In this document: positions 1-12,956 of the stretch, piece after piece | How the letters are laid out: every line of letters begins with the position of its first letter | Position numbering within the stretch: position 1 is the first letter of the stretch | Assembly (NCBI RefSeq): GCF_006345805.1 | Contig: NC_043007.1 | Coordinates: forward strand, 11,098,001-11,162,000 | Reading direction: 5' to 3' | DNA length: 64,000 nt | Source of the DNA: Octopus sinensis | Lineage: Eukaryota | Program-made: the position numbers and the translations under genes | The notes under the pieces: model-generated | Told to the model about the DNA's origin: nothing | Database searches by the model: none | What the model saw: only the letters and a program-made list of their open reading frames with translations

Positions 1-474
1 CTGCCTTAACAAATCCCAACCAGCCCATGCCAGCATGGAAAAGTAGATGTTAATGAAACATGTATGGCCTCTCATAGACCAATCCTTTCGGTCATCTCTT
101 TTGAAACATAGGGGTATGACATATTTATTCTAAGCCCTTAAGATATAGGCCAAAATGCTGTTTCTTTAAATGTTTGTTTTGCAAGATTTTTGATGTGAAA
201 TCGTGTGTTGAAACAGATATTGTTGTATTTAGGAATGGTCATTTTGCCAGTTTAGCCAATAAAAACACACGCACTGTATATTTGGTGTTACTTTGCTTCA
301 GCGTTATTTATTTTTTACATTAATCTTAATCTTAATTAATTGCATCATTTATCAAAATCTTTAAAGATTTTGATGAAGGATGCAAAAAAATGATAAAGTT
401 TCTAAATTAATTTATTAGTTTACTTGAATTCCGTTTCTAACAAAATCTGTTATCCCGTTTTCTTTACATTTCAG

Positions 475-623
475 AATGGCAATCTAACATCAACGTAGAA
501 GTTGATAGAAATCATCACAGCTTACTAGTACGATTTTCTCATGCCGAACAAGTAACGAACTTTGTGAATTACACAGTGGTGTTACAGAGAGATAATTATA
601 ATACAACTGAAACAACAAATGAG
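475..623 (+). CDS. IL-17 receptor-like gene copy A, first exon in window (FnIII-like domain, N-terminal strands); phase 1 to 0
   Basis: Acceptor tctttacatttcAG at 473-474 and donor GAG|gtaagt at 624. Open frame WQSNINVEVDRNHHSLLVRFSHAEQVTNFVNYTVVLQRDNYNTTETTNE resembles the start of the second FnIII domain of IL-17 receptors (W.sni.v...l.V.F....Y.V.L). Confidence 0.8.
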
Positions 624-746
624 GTAAGTTCAAACTGCTGTTATTTTCACAGCATCACAAGAGAGCATGAGGCACTTTCACAGAACCATTTAGGTGGCAC
701 GTATTTGGCTTTGCTGTTTTAATGCTGACTTATTTGACAGAAAACA

Positions 747-1171
747 TTTGGATCTTTTCGGTTTGAACGGCAGTTTTTAACATAATTTCTAGGTAACTAA
801 AAAGTTTTAAACTTTGTATACTGGTAGAATGTGTTTATAAAACATCTTTTTCTCTTGGCTTTATTGAGAAAATTCTATAGTTTGTAAGATATTTGTTTTG
901 TTTTTTTTCTTCAATTTCTGCAATTTCAACCAATCAGTGACATCTATTGAGGTAAAATACATTCTGTGCCGTATGAATATGTCCCTTGTTTAAGAAACAG
1001 ATTGGGTTTATTTACATTTGTGAAGAAAAAAATATACCCTTCCCCCCACCCCTAACCCTAACCCTAAAAGAGATTGAAATGCAATAGATCAATTCTAGGG
1101 TCATAAATATGGGTGACAATTTCATATGACACCGCTAGAAAAAACTGCCGTTCAAACTGAAAAGATCCAAA
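747..1171. mobile_element. MITE with about 32-bp TIRs containing (CCCTAA)3
   Basis: tttggatcttttc(g/a)gtttgaacggcagttttt at 747-778 and its reverse complement at 1139-1171; telomere-like repeat at about 1049-1066. Confidence 0.7.
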
Positions 1172-1440
1172 CATTTTAATGTTTCTTTCATTCTCTCTCT
1201 TGCTCTCCCTCGCCATTTCTTTCATTCACTTGCTCTCTCTTTATCTAGCTCTTTCTCTGTCTATCTCTCTTTCTCTCTCTTTCTTGCTTTCTCTATCTCT
1301 CTTTCTCTCCCTCTTGCTCTGTTTCACTCTCTCTCTCTCTCTCACGCATTTTCTCTCTCTGTTGGTCTCTCCTCTTGCTCTCTCTTCCTCTAGCTCTGTC
1401 TGTCTGTATGTCTGTTTGCCCGCCCCTCTATATGTATATG

Positions 1441-1471
<31 letters not shown>

Positions 1472-1479
1472 GGAAACTG

Positions 1480-1955
1480 CGGATGTGCTACCAGTGCCGG
1501 TGGCATGTCGAAACTCTGCTTGTGAAGACCTCGTTGAGGCAAGTGAGGATCAGAATCGAAATCGATCAATGGAAATCGATCAATGGAAATTGCAGATGTG
1601 TTACCAGTGCGGTGGCATGTAAGAGAACTTTCCGTTTCGCGACCGTTGCCAGCACCGCCCCGTTTCGTGTCCGTTGCCAGCCTCGCCTGGCCCTCGTGCG
1701 GTGGCACATAAAAAGCACCATCCGTTCGTGGCCGTTTGCCAGCTCTGTCTGGCACCAGTGCGGGTGGCACGTAAAAAGCACCCACTACACTCACGGAGTG
1801 GTTGGCGTTAGGAAGGGCATCCAGCCGTAGAAACACTGCCAGATTTGACTGGGCCTGATGAAGCCTTCTGGCTTCACAGACCCCAGTAGAACCGTCCAAC
1901 CCATGCTAGCATGGAAAACGGACGCTAAACGATGATGGTGATGATGATGATGATG
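1480..1955 (+). mobile_element. RTE-type 3' UTR/tail copy (one of many: also 5800-5852+, 5975-6288+, 6362-6960-, 11495-11818+, 12786-12933+, 14360-14610-, 20575-20997+, 59600-60140+, 61097-61286+)
   Basis: Shared gtggttggcgttaggaagggcatccagc...ccaacccatgctagcatggaaa.cggacg.taaacgatgatg 3' end with variable 5' truncation; boundaries approximate. Confidence 0.85.
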
Positions 1956-2177
1956 AATATATATATATATTGCTTGCTCCAGTTTGCCTGGCTGGCAAAA
2001 ATATAATGAAATGACAACATATTCTGCTCCTTACATTGTTACCGTCGAGTGGTCCTTGGGGAAAAAGGCACAACCGTCCAACCATAAAAATACTTGTTCC
2101 ATCCAATTTACCATACAACTATATAAAAACCTTAGGGAAGTGGATGTAAAAAAAAAAAAACTCCCAAAATACATGTG

Positions 2178-2208
<31 letters not shown>

Positions 2209-2824
2209 CTGTATACATATAAAATCACAAAATCAGGAAGTATGAGAGATTCTGAATATAATTTACTACTTGGGTATCTTAGATATTGGGTTGCATGAAC
2301 AAGTTAAATCACATCATAGTAGAATTACTATTAACTAATAGCCTTGTAAGGGTGCTTTCTGTGAGTTCTACTTGATTCTCTGAACCCAATTTTATACTTT
2401 GTGTGTGTGGTGTGTTATGAGGAGGAGGTTTCTGCTATTATTAAAAAACCTACATACATTCAGTACCTGATTCAGAGGATAATCTTACTAATGAGGAAAA
2501 AATACTATGTATATGTTTTCTTATATGTGTGTGTTTGTGTATGTATGCATATGTGCATTAATATATACATACATACATACATATATATATTTCTTTATTG
2601 CCCACAAGGGGCTAAACATAGAGAGGACAAACAAGGACAGACAAACGGATTAAGTCGATTACATCGACCCCTGTGCGTAATTGGTACTTTTATTTATTGA
2701 CCCCGAAAGGATGAAAGGAAAAGTCGACCTCAGTGGAATTTGAACTCAGAACGTAACGATAGACGAAATACCGCTAAGCATTCCGCCCGGCGAGCTAACG
2801 TGTCTGCCAGCTCGCCTATATATA

Positions 2825-2945
<121 letters not shown>

Positions 2946-2952
2946 GATATAT

Positions 2953-2986
<34 letters not shown>

Positions 2987-3039
2987 GATAGATAGATAGA
3001 TAGATATGCATATATGTATGTGTGTGTGTGTTTTCCAGA

Positions 3040-3930
3040 ACTATGAGTAAGGTGTAGCCGTAACAAGATGTAGCTGGTGCAATTATTAAAAATGGTCCAA
3101 TTTCAACTCTTGAAAGCCTGTGGTTGAGGTGGAGGAGAAGGAATGGTGAGTGAATGATCTTCAGGAAGTCCTGCGGAGTGACACAGTTTCTTGAAGGAGA
3201 TGTGTGGTAGGATGGGTTAAAAAATTTGATAACGTGTTAATTTAGTATAAAATGCTCCAAAGTGTGGTAAAGAGAAAGAAGTCAAGAGGATGATTTTGCC
3301 AAGGGTACTTTTGAATGTGGCTGGTTTATACAGGGTTGTGGTTAGCAGATTCTGAGGAATGGAGGTCATAGCCATATTGTGTATTTTATACACATGTATT
3401 TACTGTGTATTTGTCCCATAATTATACGTTAATCGTAGCGCCCATGCTGAAGATATGGTTTATGTTCCTATAACCTTTGTTAATTCTGTAACCCTTTAAA
3501 ACGGAACATAAACCTTCTTTCATGCAAAGATAGCTTAAACTGTGCTCTAAATGGAAATGTTGTCAAATCCTATTTTATGGACTCAACCATGTTCTAAAAT
3601 AAGTCGAAAGGTAAGCTACTATAAATCAGTACGAACTTTCCGGACAACCCAATATAAGAGAAAAACATAATAATTGAAGTAGGTAAAGATAGATTTCTGT
3701 TTGTTTTTCAAATTCCAATCCAGCAACTTTTAGTGTTTGGCCCTGATCTTATTAATGCTCATGGCAAAAGAAAGTGTGATAGGAAACGGTAAGGGCTTAA
3801 ATTTGTATGAGACATTAGATGGTGTAATTGGTATGTGAGGAATGAAGATGGTGTCAGGTTTACCACATCTAATGAGAATATTTGCCTCAGTGCAGTTCAT
3901 CATAGGCTTGTGCCTCCCTTGAACCATATA
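3040..3930 (-). mobile_element. Degenerate Penelope-like GIY-YIG / 3' fragments
   Basis: Fragments such as CTEANI..R and WTIFNNCT resemble the PLE endonuclease region; 3040-3376 is duplicated at 42065-42420. Confidence 0.45.
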
Positions 3931-3944
3931 TATATATGTGTGTG

Positions 3945-4024
<80 letters not shown>

Positions 4025-4046
4025 ATATATGTATAATATATATATG

Positions 4047-4078
<32 letters not shown>

Positions 4079-4203
4079 ATGTATATATGTATATGTATAT
4101 ATGTATATATGTATATGTATATGTGTATATATGTATATATATATATATATGTATATATGTATATGTATATATGTATATGTGTGAGTGTATATATATATAT
4201 ATA

Positions 4204-4595
4204 TCTTTATATATAAAGCTGAAGTTGTCTGTGTGGCAGGTTTGGTAGCCTTCAACTAACACTATCTCCTCTGAGACCCTGTGGCGCGCAAGTTTACCAA
4301 AATTGAGAGTATGATAGAAGAAGGCTTGCTCTTCATTCTGTAGAAGAAAAACATTCAAATCGGACCACCTTAAGACCAAAAATTATTTACATCAAAAAGG
4401 TGCTTTTTTTTCTATGAAAATCCCTATTTTTTACGATTTTTTTACTGCTGCGTCGCCATTTTTCAGTGTATTTCAACTAGAAAAATGTCCACTTAAAGAG
4501 AATAACAAGCTAGATAATGCAAAATTTTTACTTTTCAAAAATTCCAATTCTAAAGGGTCGAAACAAACACGAGCAACGCCAGGCGATACTGCTAG
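4204..4595 (+). mobile_element. Non-autonomous Helitron
   Basis: A|TC 5' end (tctttatatataaa...gaagttgt), subterminal GC-rich hairpin cacgagcaacgccaggcg, CTAG|T 3' end, no TSD. Confidence 0.75.
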
Positions 4596-4641
4596 TATAT
4601 GATTATAATTGTTATAGTAATAGAATTATTATCTCTTACAG

Positions 4642-4689
4642 ACTAGAGTTGTCTTCAGGAATATCTGCAGTGGGACCTATAATGTAACT
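4642..4689 (+). CDS. IL-17R-like copy A, 48-nt mini-exon (TRVVFRNICSGTYNVT); phase 0 to 0
   Basis: atctcttacAG|ACT...ACT|gtaagt. Supplies the missing FnIII E/F strands (vF.n...g.Y.v) between the flanking exons and keeps frame. Confidence 0.75.
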
Positions 4690-4974
4690 GTAAGTATATC
4701 TGCATTCTCTCTTCTATGTCTATGTTTCCACACTGAAGGTATTAGCCATAATGAGTGCAGGTGAGGGGGTGGAATGTTTAAGGGGGAACTGTTATCTCTG
4801 TTTTGCAACGTAGGGTTTCTCACTCATAGAAAGGGCAGATAGTGTGGCACAGGAGAGTGAGACATGAGTGCTGAATGTGGAGTGAAGGGCATGATGTATG
4901 ATGCTTGTATGTGAAATGTGGTGTTTCATGAAAATGAGACATGGGCTTTTGCCCTTTGCCAGTCCAAAACATTT

Positions 4975-5800
4975 TCATAATCTTGTCCTAAATGTCTCAC
5001 AGAAATCCAACCCCAAACCCTGCACTAGCTAACTTCGAAAAAAATTTACTAAGCATGATAAAAAGCATTATTTTCTCTTATAAATCTAATCCTTTTCAGA
5101 AGGACCTATCCAGAATTACATCTAAGATAACGAGTTCACCACACCTGCTAGTCTTTTTAGACAAGACTGGAAATTTATACTACCCTCCCTTGGAAATATT
5201 TACCAACCTTATATCAAAGGAACTTAATACAAATTATCAACATGCACATGGGACATTAACAACATCTACTGTTAGCTCATTGCTGATCTAAATTTACTAA
5301 ATACAACTGAACCATATATACCCCACCTACTTCACTCTGAAAGACTACAAACCCAACTTCTCCACTGAGCCTTCTATTAGACTGATCTGCCCCACTAAAT
5401 CAGACTTAGGTCAAATTAGTCAATACATTATCCATCAAATTCTACACCTTGTTAGATAGAACTAATGTTAAGTTTCCACTTTGGAATTTACTGGTAATGT
5501 CATCACTTGGTTCCACTCTCTTCCTTATAAACTGCATGCCCATTTCCTTCAGTTTGACATCTCAAATTAATATTCTTCAGTATGATCATTTCTCTTAAAT
5601 AAAGCTTTAATCTTCACTCGAAAGTATGCACCTATTTCTCGACCTGACATTGTTATCATCCTGGCTGCAAGGAAAACTCTAATTAACTTTAAAGATAATT
5701 ATTGGACCTGCAACCCATCTATGAATTTCTTCGATATACATATGGGCTCATCTGACTCAGCCCAGGTTACTGACCTAGTTGGCCTATTCCTTCTTTCCAA
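4975..5800 (+). mobile_element. Penelope-like reverse transcriptase remnant
   Basis: Fragments LLVFLDKTGNLY, TLKDYKPNF..PSIRLICPTKSDLGQIS, QFDI..YSS and FDIHMGSSDSAQVTDLVGL match PLE RT motifs; contains stops and frameshifts. Confidence 0.75.
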
Positions 5801-7067
5801 CCCATGCTAGCATGGAAAACGGATGTTAAACGATGATGATGATGATGATGACGTCCAGGCAACCCCAACAGATGTTTAAGAAAATTCTTAATCGAATTTA
5901 CCAATAGCTAATTTGAAAAATTCCTGAAATAAGATGAAAAATTTGAGAAAATATTAAATTTTCTTAATAAAGCACGTGAAAGGCACCATTCGGGCGTGAT
6001 CATTACCAGCATTGCCTTACTGGCACCTGTGCCGGTGGCATGTGTAAAAAGATTTGAGCGAGGTCATTGCCAGTACTGCCTGACTGGCCCCTGTGCCGGT
6101 GGCACGTAAAAGCACCCACTACACTCTTGGTGTGGTTGGCGTTAAGAAGGGCATCCAGCTGTAGAAACTCTGCCAGATCAAGATTGGAGCCTGGTGCAGC
6201 CATCTGGTTCGCCAGCCCTCAGTCAAATCGTCCAACCCATATTAGCATGGAAAGCGGACATGAAACGATGATGATGATGATGATGATGTCATTCTAAAAA
6301 TAAACAATTAAATTATTGAAATCTGAAAGCTACAAGATAATGCATGATTAATTAAAACCCAACATCATCATCATCATCACCGTTTAACGTCCGTTCTCCA
6401 TGCTAGCATGGGTTGGACAGTTTGACCGGGGATCTGGGAAGCCAGAAGGCTGCACCAGGCTCCAGTCTGATCTGGATGCCCTTCCTAACGCCAACCACTC
6501 CGTGAGTGTAGTGGGTGCTTTTTACGTGCCACCAGCACAGGTGCCAGGGGAGGCTGGCAACGGCCATGTTCGGATGGTGCTTTTTACGTGCCACCGGCAC
6601 AGGGATCACAACTGCAGTTTCCATTGAATTTTGATGTTGGTATACTTGACTCAATGGATCTCCTCAGGCACAGGGTCGAAACTGTGTTTCTTTACTTGCC
6701 AGCTGCACAGGAGTCAGTCCAGCGGCCCTGGGAACTGCCGGGTGCCAGTCATAGGATTGGTTCAATTTCGATTCCGATTTCACTTGCCCCAACAGGTCTT
6801 CACAAGCAGAGTTTAGTGTCCAATGAAGGGCGGTTGGCATGGGTGCCTGTCGTCGGATGAGGTTCAATTTTGACTTCGCTTGCCTCAACAGGTCTTCGTG
6901 TGTCCAAGGAAGGAAAGGCATGCATAAGTGGGCTGGCTACTTCCCTGGCAAGGGACATGTGAATGAATAAGCATTACATTTGACGGGATAACCTGAATGC
7001 TAAAGGATTAAATTCCCTTTCATGGCTCTCGGGTCCCTTTAAATTCTACTTTCTCTGACTATTTCAG

Positions 7068-7182
7068 GTGAAACCTTTCGATCCTCATGAGTCAGAAAGT
7101 AAAAAGTGTCTGTGTTACAAGTCAGAAGGACGCTGTAAGACATGTAAAGCCACCATAAAACAAATAGCCATCAGTGAACTAG
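7068..7182 (+). CDS. IL-17R-like copy A, Cys-rich exon closing the FnIII domain; phase 0 to 1
   Basis: ctttctctgactatttcAG|GTG...CTAG|gtaagt. Encodes VKPFDPHESESKKCLCYKSEGRCKTCKATIKQIAISEL, matching the V.P....C..C pattern of IL-17R ectodomains. Confidence 0.8.
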
Positions 7183-8374
7183 GTAAGTCATCCTTGTTGT
7201 TGCTGTTGTTTAGCCCTAGGTCAGTCCTGATTAATCAGTGGAGGCATGTGACTTGATGGTTAGGATGTTGGATGCATGATTTTAAAATTGTAGTTTTGAT
7301 TGCTGGACCAGGTGATGTGTTGTGTTCTTGAGTAAAACATTTCATTCTATACATTATTTACTTTATTTACATTTGATTGATATTTGTCCTCATCTTGTTT
7401 GTTGTTAACACAACATTTCGGCTGATATACCCTCCAGCCTTCTTCAGGTGTCTTGGGGAAATTCAAACTTGGGTTCTCATTCCTAAAGTATTTTTCAATG
7501 TTATTATTATTATTATTATCATTGTTCAGGTCACTGCTTGGAATCGAACTTGGAATCTTGGGGTTAGTAGCCCATGCTCTTATGGAGTGAATTCATTATG
7601 GAGTGAATTTTAGGGCTTATAAATCTAATATTTTTCTATCCTTCCATAATACCGGTCGTCGAATGTAAATAATGTAATAATGTAAATAATGTAAATATCC
7701 ATCGAATGTAAATAATGTACATAATTTCTTGTCTCTTAAGTATAGAACTGTATTTCATTCTATGTTGCTTCACTCCATCCAGCTGGCCGCTGCGGTGAAC
7801 CTTCAAGACCCAGGAAAAAGTCACTTGGAACAAATCTTATCAGACATTCCACTCTAATGATTGTTAGTTCGCTATCTTCAAGGTAAATTCCAATGAAAAT
7901 TGAAATAGCAATACTTTTGTTGATCACACACACCCTGTTACCTACCCCAACTGAATCTACAACTGATGTCATGGTGATACAAGCTGTTTTGTTATAAAAT
8001 ATTTGTATTTAAATTAGAACCTTTCATTATAATTTTACCCTTAGGAATCAAAGGGGCTGGTTCCCACCACAAAGTTGCAGTGCTGTAGTTTGTGTGTCTC
8101 AATAGCTCCTAGAGCTGTGCCGGGGAGGGCTTCTCATGTCGAGAGAATAAAGGTCAGACTAATATTGACCATCTCTTCCTAGGGGTAGAAATGGGTTTAT
8201 GTAGGGCCTAGACGTTGGACACTACCTTTCTGTTCTGATAAAGCATTTCCTTTAAAAATTAAACGGAAGCATTTATTTCCATACACCATATACTGGCACA
8301 GACCCAATATGTCAAAAATTATGGCAACAAATGCATAAGTGCCCCCAAAATGTAATTCCTAGGATAATGGTTAA

Positions 8375-8595
8375 CCCTTTAGCATTCAGATTATTCTGTC
8401 AATTGTAATGCTTATTAACTTATATTGTTTTGAATTAAACATGCATTTTCATGTAGCTTCAAGATTTTGATGATGCAATTGTTTATTTGTAATAATGACA
8501 TTACAGGGTCTGTATGAGAGGCTGGATCTGGCCAATTTGAACATAAAACAAGTAGAACATTTCAGCTGGATATGGCCGGTTTAAATGCTAAGGGG
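8375..8595. mobile_element. piggyBac-type MITE (also 13927-14146, 61775-61993, 62478-62697; partial copies near 6920-7010 and 39115-39345)
   Basis: TTAA|CCCTTTAG...CTAAGGGG|TTAA termini with TTAA TSD; related roughly 220-bp interior in each copy. Confidence 0.8.
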
Positions 8596-9921
8596 TTAAA
8601 ATAGCAGACCCTGGTTTCAGCCATAGCTTAGCTTAAGAATATTATTTGAAGTTGGTTGAGAGGCAAACCAATGGAAGTGTTGTATTGGCAAAACATTGAA
8701 TAAAATGGAGAGATTAGTCTGAGAAAAGAAATAAACCAATGACATCATCATCATTTGAGATTAGTTTAAGATGCTAGCATGGGTTAGATGTTTCAACATG
8801 CTGTGGCATGATTTTTATGGCTGAATAGCCTTCCTAATGCCAATCAATTTACAGAGTGTACTGGATATTTATTGCGTAGTAGGGGCATGAGTGGTGTCAC
8901 CATGTAACTCGCAAAACAAGATTCCCTTCAAATGGGGCGGAGTGTAGTATTGAGGGACGTGCCCTTATGCCAATAGAGGTTAACATATGACCAAGGAACA
9001 GGTGTCTTGCTGTAGAAGGGATACAGGGTTTGTCACAGTTGGACAAGAGAAGATGGGGGTAAAGATCTGTCTGGACATGCCCTCAAATTACAGGAAGGTG
9101 AACATAAGAGAAGTGGTAAAGAGGACTGGGCAGGGTGAGTGGGTTGGTAAGTTCATAAGAGTGTAGAAGGTGAGTGGCAGATGAATAGTGATGCGGGTAG
9201 AAGGCGGCGAGCTGGCAGAAACATAAGCGCGCCAGGCGAAATGTGTAGCCATATTTCGTCTGCCGATACGTTCTGAGTTCAAATTCCGCCGAGGTCAACG
9301 TTGGCTTTCATCCTCTCGGGGTCGATAAATTAAGTACCAGTTACACACTGGGGTCGATATAATTGACTTAATCCATTTGTCTGTCCTTGTTTGTCCCCTC
9401 TGTGTTTAGCCCCTTGTGGGTAGTAAAGAAATAGATGTGGGTAGAAGGTATAATGAGATTTGAAACTGCGTCTCCACATTATGGAGTTTAAGCCATGACA
9501 TTACCTAACCCTGTTCATATGGAAAGGCTTTGTTATTAGCCAATCAGCAGCCAGTTTTCATATGATGACTCATTCTAGGTCCTTCAAGAATGTTCTTGAT
9601 ACAATGGTTGTAAATAGAGGTCGTTTGAGCACCAACTTGTAGTGCTTGCCAAACTGGTCTGCTTCACACACTCCTTTGTTTTCAACATAATCAGTTTAAA
9701 TGGGTCCATGCTCAACCTGGATATCTGTTCTATCTGGTAGATATGAACTGATGTGTACGGCTTCTAATGTTTAATCAAGCTCCAGTACCAAGCCTTAGTA
9801 TCCAGCTTAGCATCTACATTACAATCTATTTCTTACAGCTGCATCGGCTGGATGTGACGATTGTTGTAAATCTCGACCGACTGGAAATATGGCTTATGTG
9901 ACATAAATAAAAATCGTAAAT

Positions 9922-10327
9922 AGGCGCAGGGGTGGCTGTGTGGTAAGTAGCTTGTTTACCAACCACATGGTTTTGAGTTCAGTCCCACTGCGTGGTACCT
10001 TGGGCAAGTGTCTTCTACTATAGCCTCGGGTCGACCAAAGCCTTGTGAGTGGATTTGGTAGACGGAAACTGAAAGAAGCCCGTCGTATATATGTATATAT
10101 ATATATGTGTGCATGTGTTTGTGTGTCTGTGTTGTCCCCCTAGCATTGCTTGACAACCGATGCAGGTGTGTTTATGTCCCCGTTACTTAGCGGCTCGGCA
10201 AAAGAGATTGGCAGAATAAGTACTGGGCTTACAAAAGAATAAGTCCCGGGGTCGAGTTGCTCGATTAAAGGCGGTGCTCCAGCATGGCCGCAGTCAAATG
10301 ACTGAAACAAGTAAAAGAGTAAAAGAG
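9922..10327 (+). mobile_element. tRNA-derived SINE family 1 (also 24938-25339-, 34414-34819+, 35967-36358-, plus partial copies)
   Basis: Head aggcgcagg.gtggctgtgtggtaag...ggttcagtcccactg with A/B-box-like motifs, internal (TA)/(TG) microsatellite and (agtaaaag)n tail. Confidence 0.85.
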
Positions 10328-10943
10328 TAATTAATTATTTGTATGGCGTTGTCTCACACACATCATCATCAACAGCAACATGTGGAGGCACAATGGCCCA
10401 GTGTTTAGGGCAGCAGACTCGCGGTCGGAGGATCGCGGTTTCATTTCCCAGACTGGGCGTTGTGTGTGTTATTGAGCGAAAACACCTAAAGCTCCACGAG
10501 GCTCTGGCAGGGGGTGGTGGCGACCCCTGTTGTACTCTTTTGCTTCAACTTTCTCTCACTCTTTCTTCCCGTTTCTTGTCCCCAACTTCCTATGCAACCG
10601 CTGAGTCTGGATGTGCATTCATCTGTCGATGCTCTCGGTGTCGGAGGTTGACTTGCTTTCTCTTCTGCGGGTCTTACGAATAGCAAAGGATCACATTTTG
10701 GACTTCTACAGACAATCCTGAGGTGCGATCTTGCGAGCTCTGGGACGAAGACCGCTTCGCTCAACAAACAAACAAACAATCAGCAGCAACATGTATACAA
10801 CAGCACCAAGCAAGCACCACAGCAACAAAGAGAATACACTAAGTAGTGATCATAGGTAAAGTGGTCAGTCGTGATAACCAGGTAAATAATTTATACCAGA
10901 AAACAATTAAAAAAATACAGATTTTACTCTTTTTCTCTTCCAG

Positions 10944-11366
10944 ATGATTCTAAATGTAATGAGACAACTAATTTAATAACTGCAAAGAGAATTTCAACAC
11001 CTGTAAGTTCACCATCTGTAATTTCAACACCTGTAAGTTCAACACCTGTAATTTCAACACCTGTAATTTCAACACCTGTAATTTCAACACCTGTAATTTC
11101 AACATCTGTAATTTCAACACCTTTAAGTTCAACACCTGTAATTTCAACACCTGTAATTTCAACACCTGTAAGTTCAACACCTGTAAATGAGTCATCATCT
11201 ACAAAGAATTCAATGTTTGAAAAGAACTCTACAACTACAGCAAGAACCACGACAACATCTAGGAATAAAGGCATACAACAAAGTGAAATTACGTGGGCTG
11301 TTATTGGCAGTTTAGCTGCTTTATTTATGGCTTTCACTTTCATCTGTTTCATACTTTTAGCAAAAA
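10944..11366 (+). CDS. IL-17R-like copy A, mucin-like stalk plus transmembrane exon; phase 1 to 1
   Basis: ctttttctcttccAG acceptor and A|gtaagt donor at 11367. Encodes DSKCNETTNLITAKR, (I/S)STPV x13, NESSSTKNSMFEKNSTTTARTTTTSRNKGIQQSE, then hydrophobic ITWAVIGSLAALFMAFTFICFILLA followed by K. Confidence 0.85.
10991..11185 (+). repeat. Coding minisatellite: 13 x 15-bp unit a(t/g)ttcaacacctgta
   Basis: Units start every 15 bp from 10991 to 11171, in frame with the TM exon, encoding ISTPV/SSTPV variants. Confidence 0.97.
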
Positions 11367-12956
11367 GTAAGTTGATATTTTTACACTTGTTAATTTCATT
11401 GGATTGCTTCACAAGAACTGTGTGGGTTGTATAGATCTTCAAATTTAAATGATTTAGCCTTAGTTTATTGTAACACTGCATTTTATTTAACAAGTCAGAA
11501 TCAGAATCAAAATCGAAATCTATCAACATCAATGGAAATTGTAGCTGTGATACCAGTGCCAGTGGCACGTAAGCGAACCATCCAAACGTGGCCGTTGCCA
11601 GCACCGCCCCGACGGGCCTCCGTGCCAGTGGCACGTAAAAAGCACTATCCGATCGTGGCCGTTGCCAGCCTTGCCTGGCCCCCGTGCCGGTGGCACGTAA
11701 AATGCACTATCCGACCGTGGTGCAGCCTTCTGGCTTCCCAAACCCCAGTTGAACCGTCCAACCCATGCTAGCATGGAAAGCGGACGCTAAATGATAATGA
11801 TGATGATGATGATGATGAAGTCAATTGCACATATAGGAGCTAACTCGGACAAAGTATATGTAATCTAACAAAGAACTCAGAGCCAGTTTCAGCCAGATTG
11901 GTAACGAAGGGGTTAAATAGATTTATATAATAACCTGCTTGTTTGTTAAAGAGGTGGAGGGGGAGTTAGTGAAAGGTGGAATAAAAGTGAGAGAGACAGA
12001 GAGGGGGAGAAATGTGAGCTGAGAAGAAAGAAGAGAGGAGTATAATAATACACGAAGGTCAAATGCATCATGTGATTAGTTGAAGGAAGGGGTGAAGAGT
12101 GAGAGAAAAGTGGGAGAGAGAAGTGTTAATAACATGCTGTAGGGTGGAGAGGGGAAAGTGAAGAGAAAGAGAGAAATGTTAAAGACATGAAGAAGAGAAT
12201 TACATTCTTAAAAAAGTTTGCTGGAGAGTTAGAGAGAAAAAGAAACATAAGGTGCTTAGCAGAGGGAAACTTTAATATCATATAATATATTATTGTAACT
12301 GGAAGTGAAATAACTTAGCAAAATAAAAACCAAAAATCATCCTTTCTTTCTTAAATAGCTTCTCTTAATTTTTTTTTTTTTTTTTTTTTTTTTTTTGTGA
12401 TATTTCCACAAGTCCCACTAGTAAATAGATGAATGAATAACTACATGAATAAATTATGGTCTTTTCCCATCGAAAACGATGTACGTGAGTTCAGCTTTTG
12501 CTGAAAAACCTGCACAAACAATTTGTTTATAGTGATCGAATGTTTGTGTTGTGCACATAAGCTCACTCTCACCATCAAATCGATGCCGCCTGAACAGGTG
12601 CACTGTGTACCATGCATCAGGTATCAAAGTGGTCGCAGAGCAACTTGAGTTGAAGTATTTTTGCTCAAGAACACAATGCACCGCCCAGTCTAGGGACTGA
12701 AACCAAAATCTTGTGATCATGAGTGCAACACCTTAACCACTAGGCCATGCATGCTCATTAGTACATAAATAATATTAATAACAATGTTGGCGTTAGGAAG
12801 GGCATCCAGCTGTAGAAACTCTGCCAGATCAGATCGGAGTCTGGTGCAGCCATCTGGTTCACCAGCCCTCAGTCAAAATCGTCCAACCCATGCTAGCATG
12901 GAAAGCGGATGTTAAACGATGATGATGATGATGACACACACACACACATACATATA

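Noticed and set aside
10924-11634. 236-aa minus-strand ORF with VEITG/VELTG pentapeptide repeats (beta-helix-like)
   Set aside because: It is the antisense of the ISTPV coding repeat and runs into an RTE copy; splice signals and the TM helix support the plus-strand exon.
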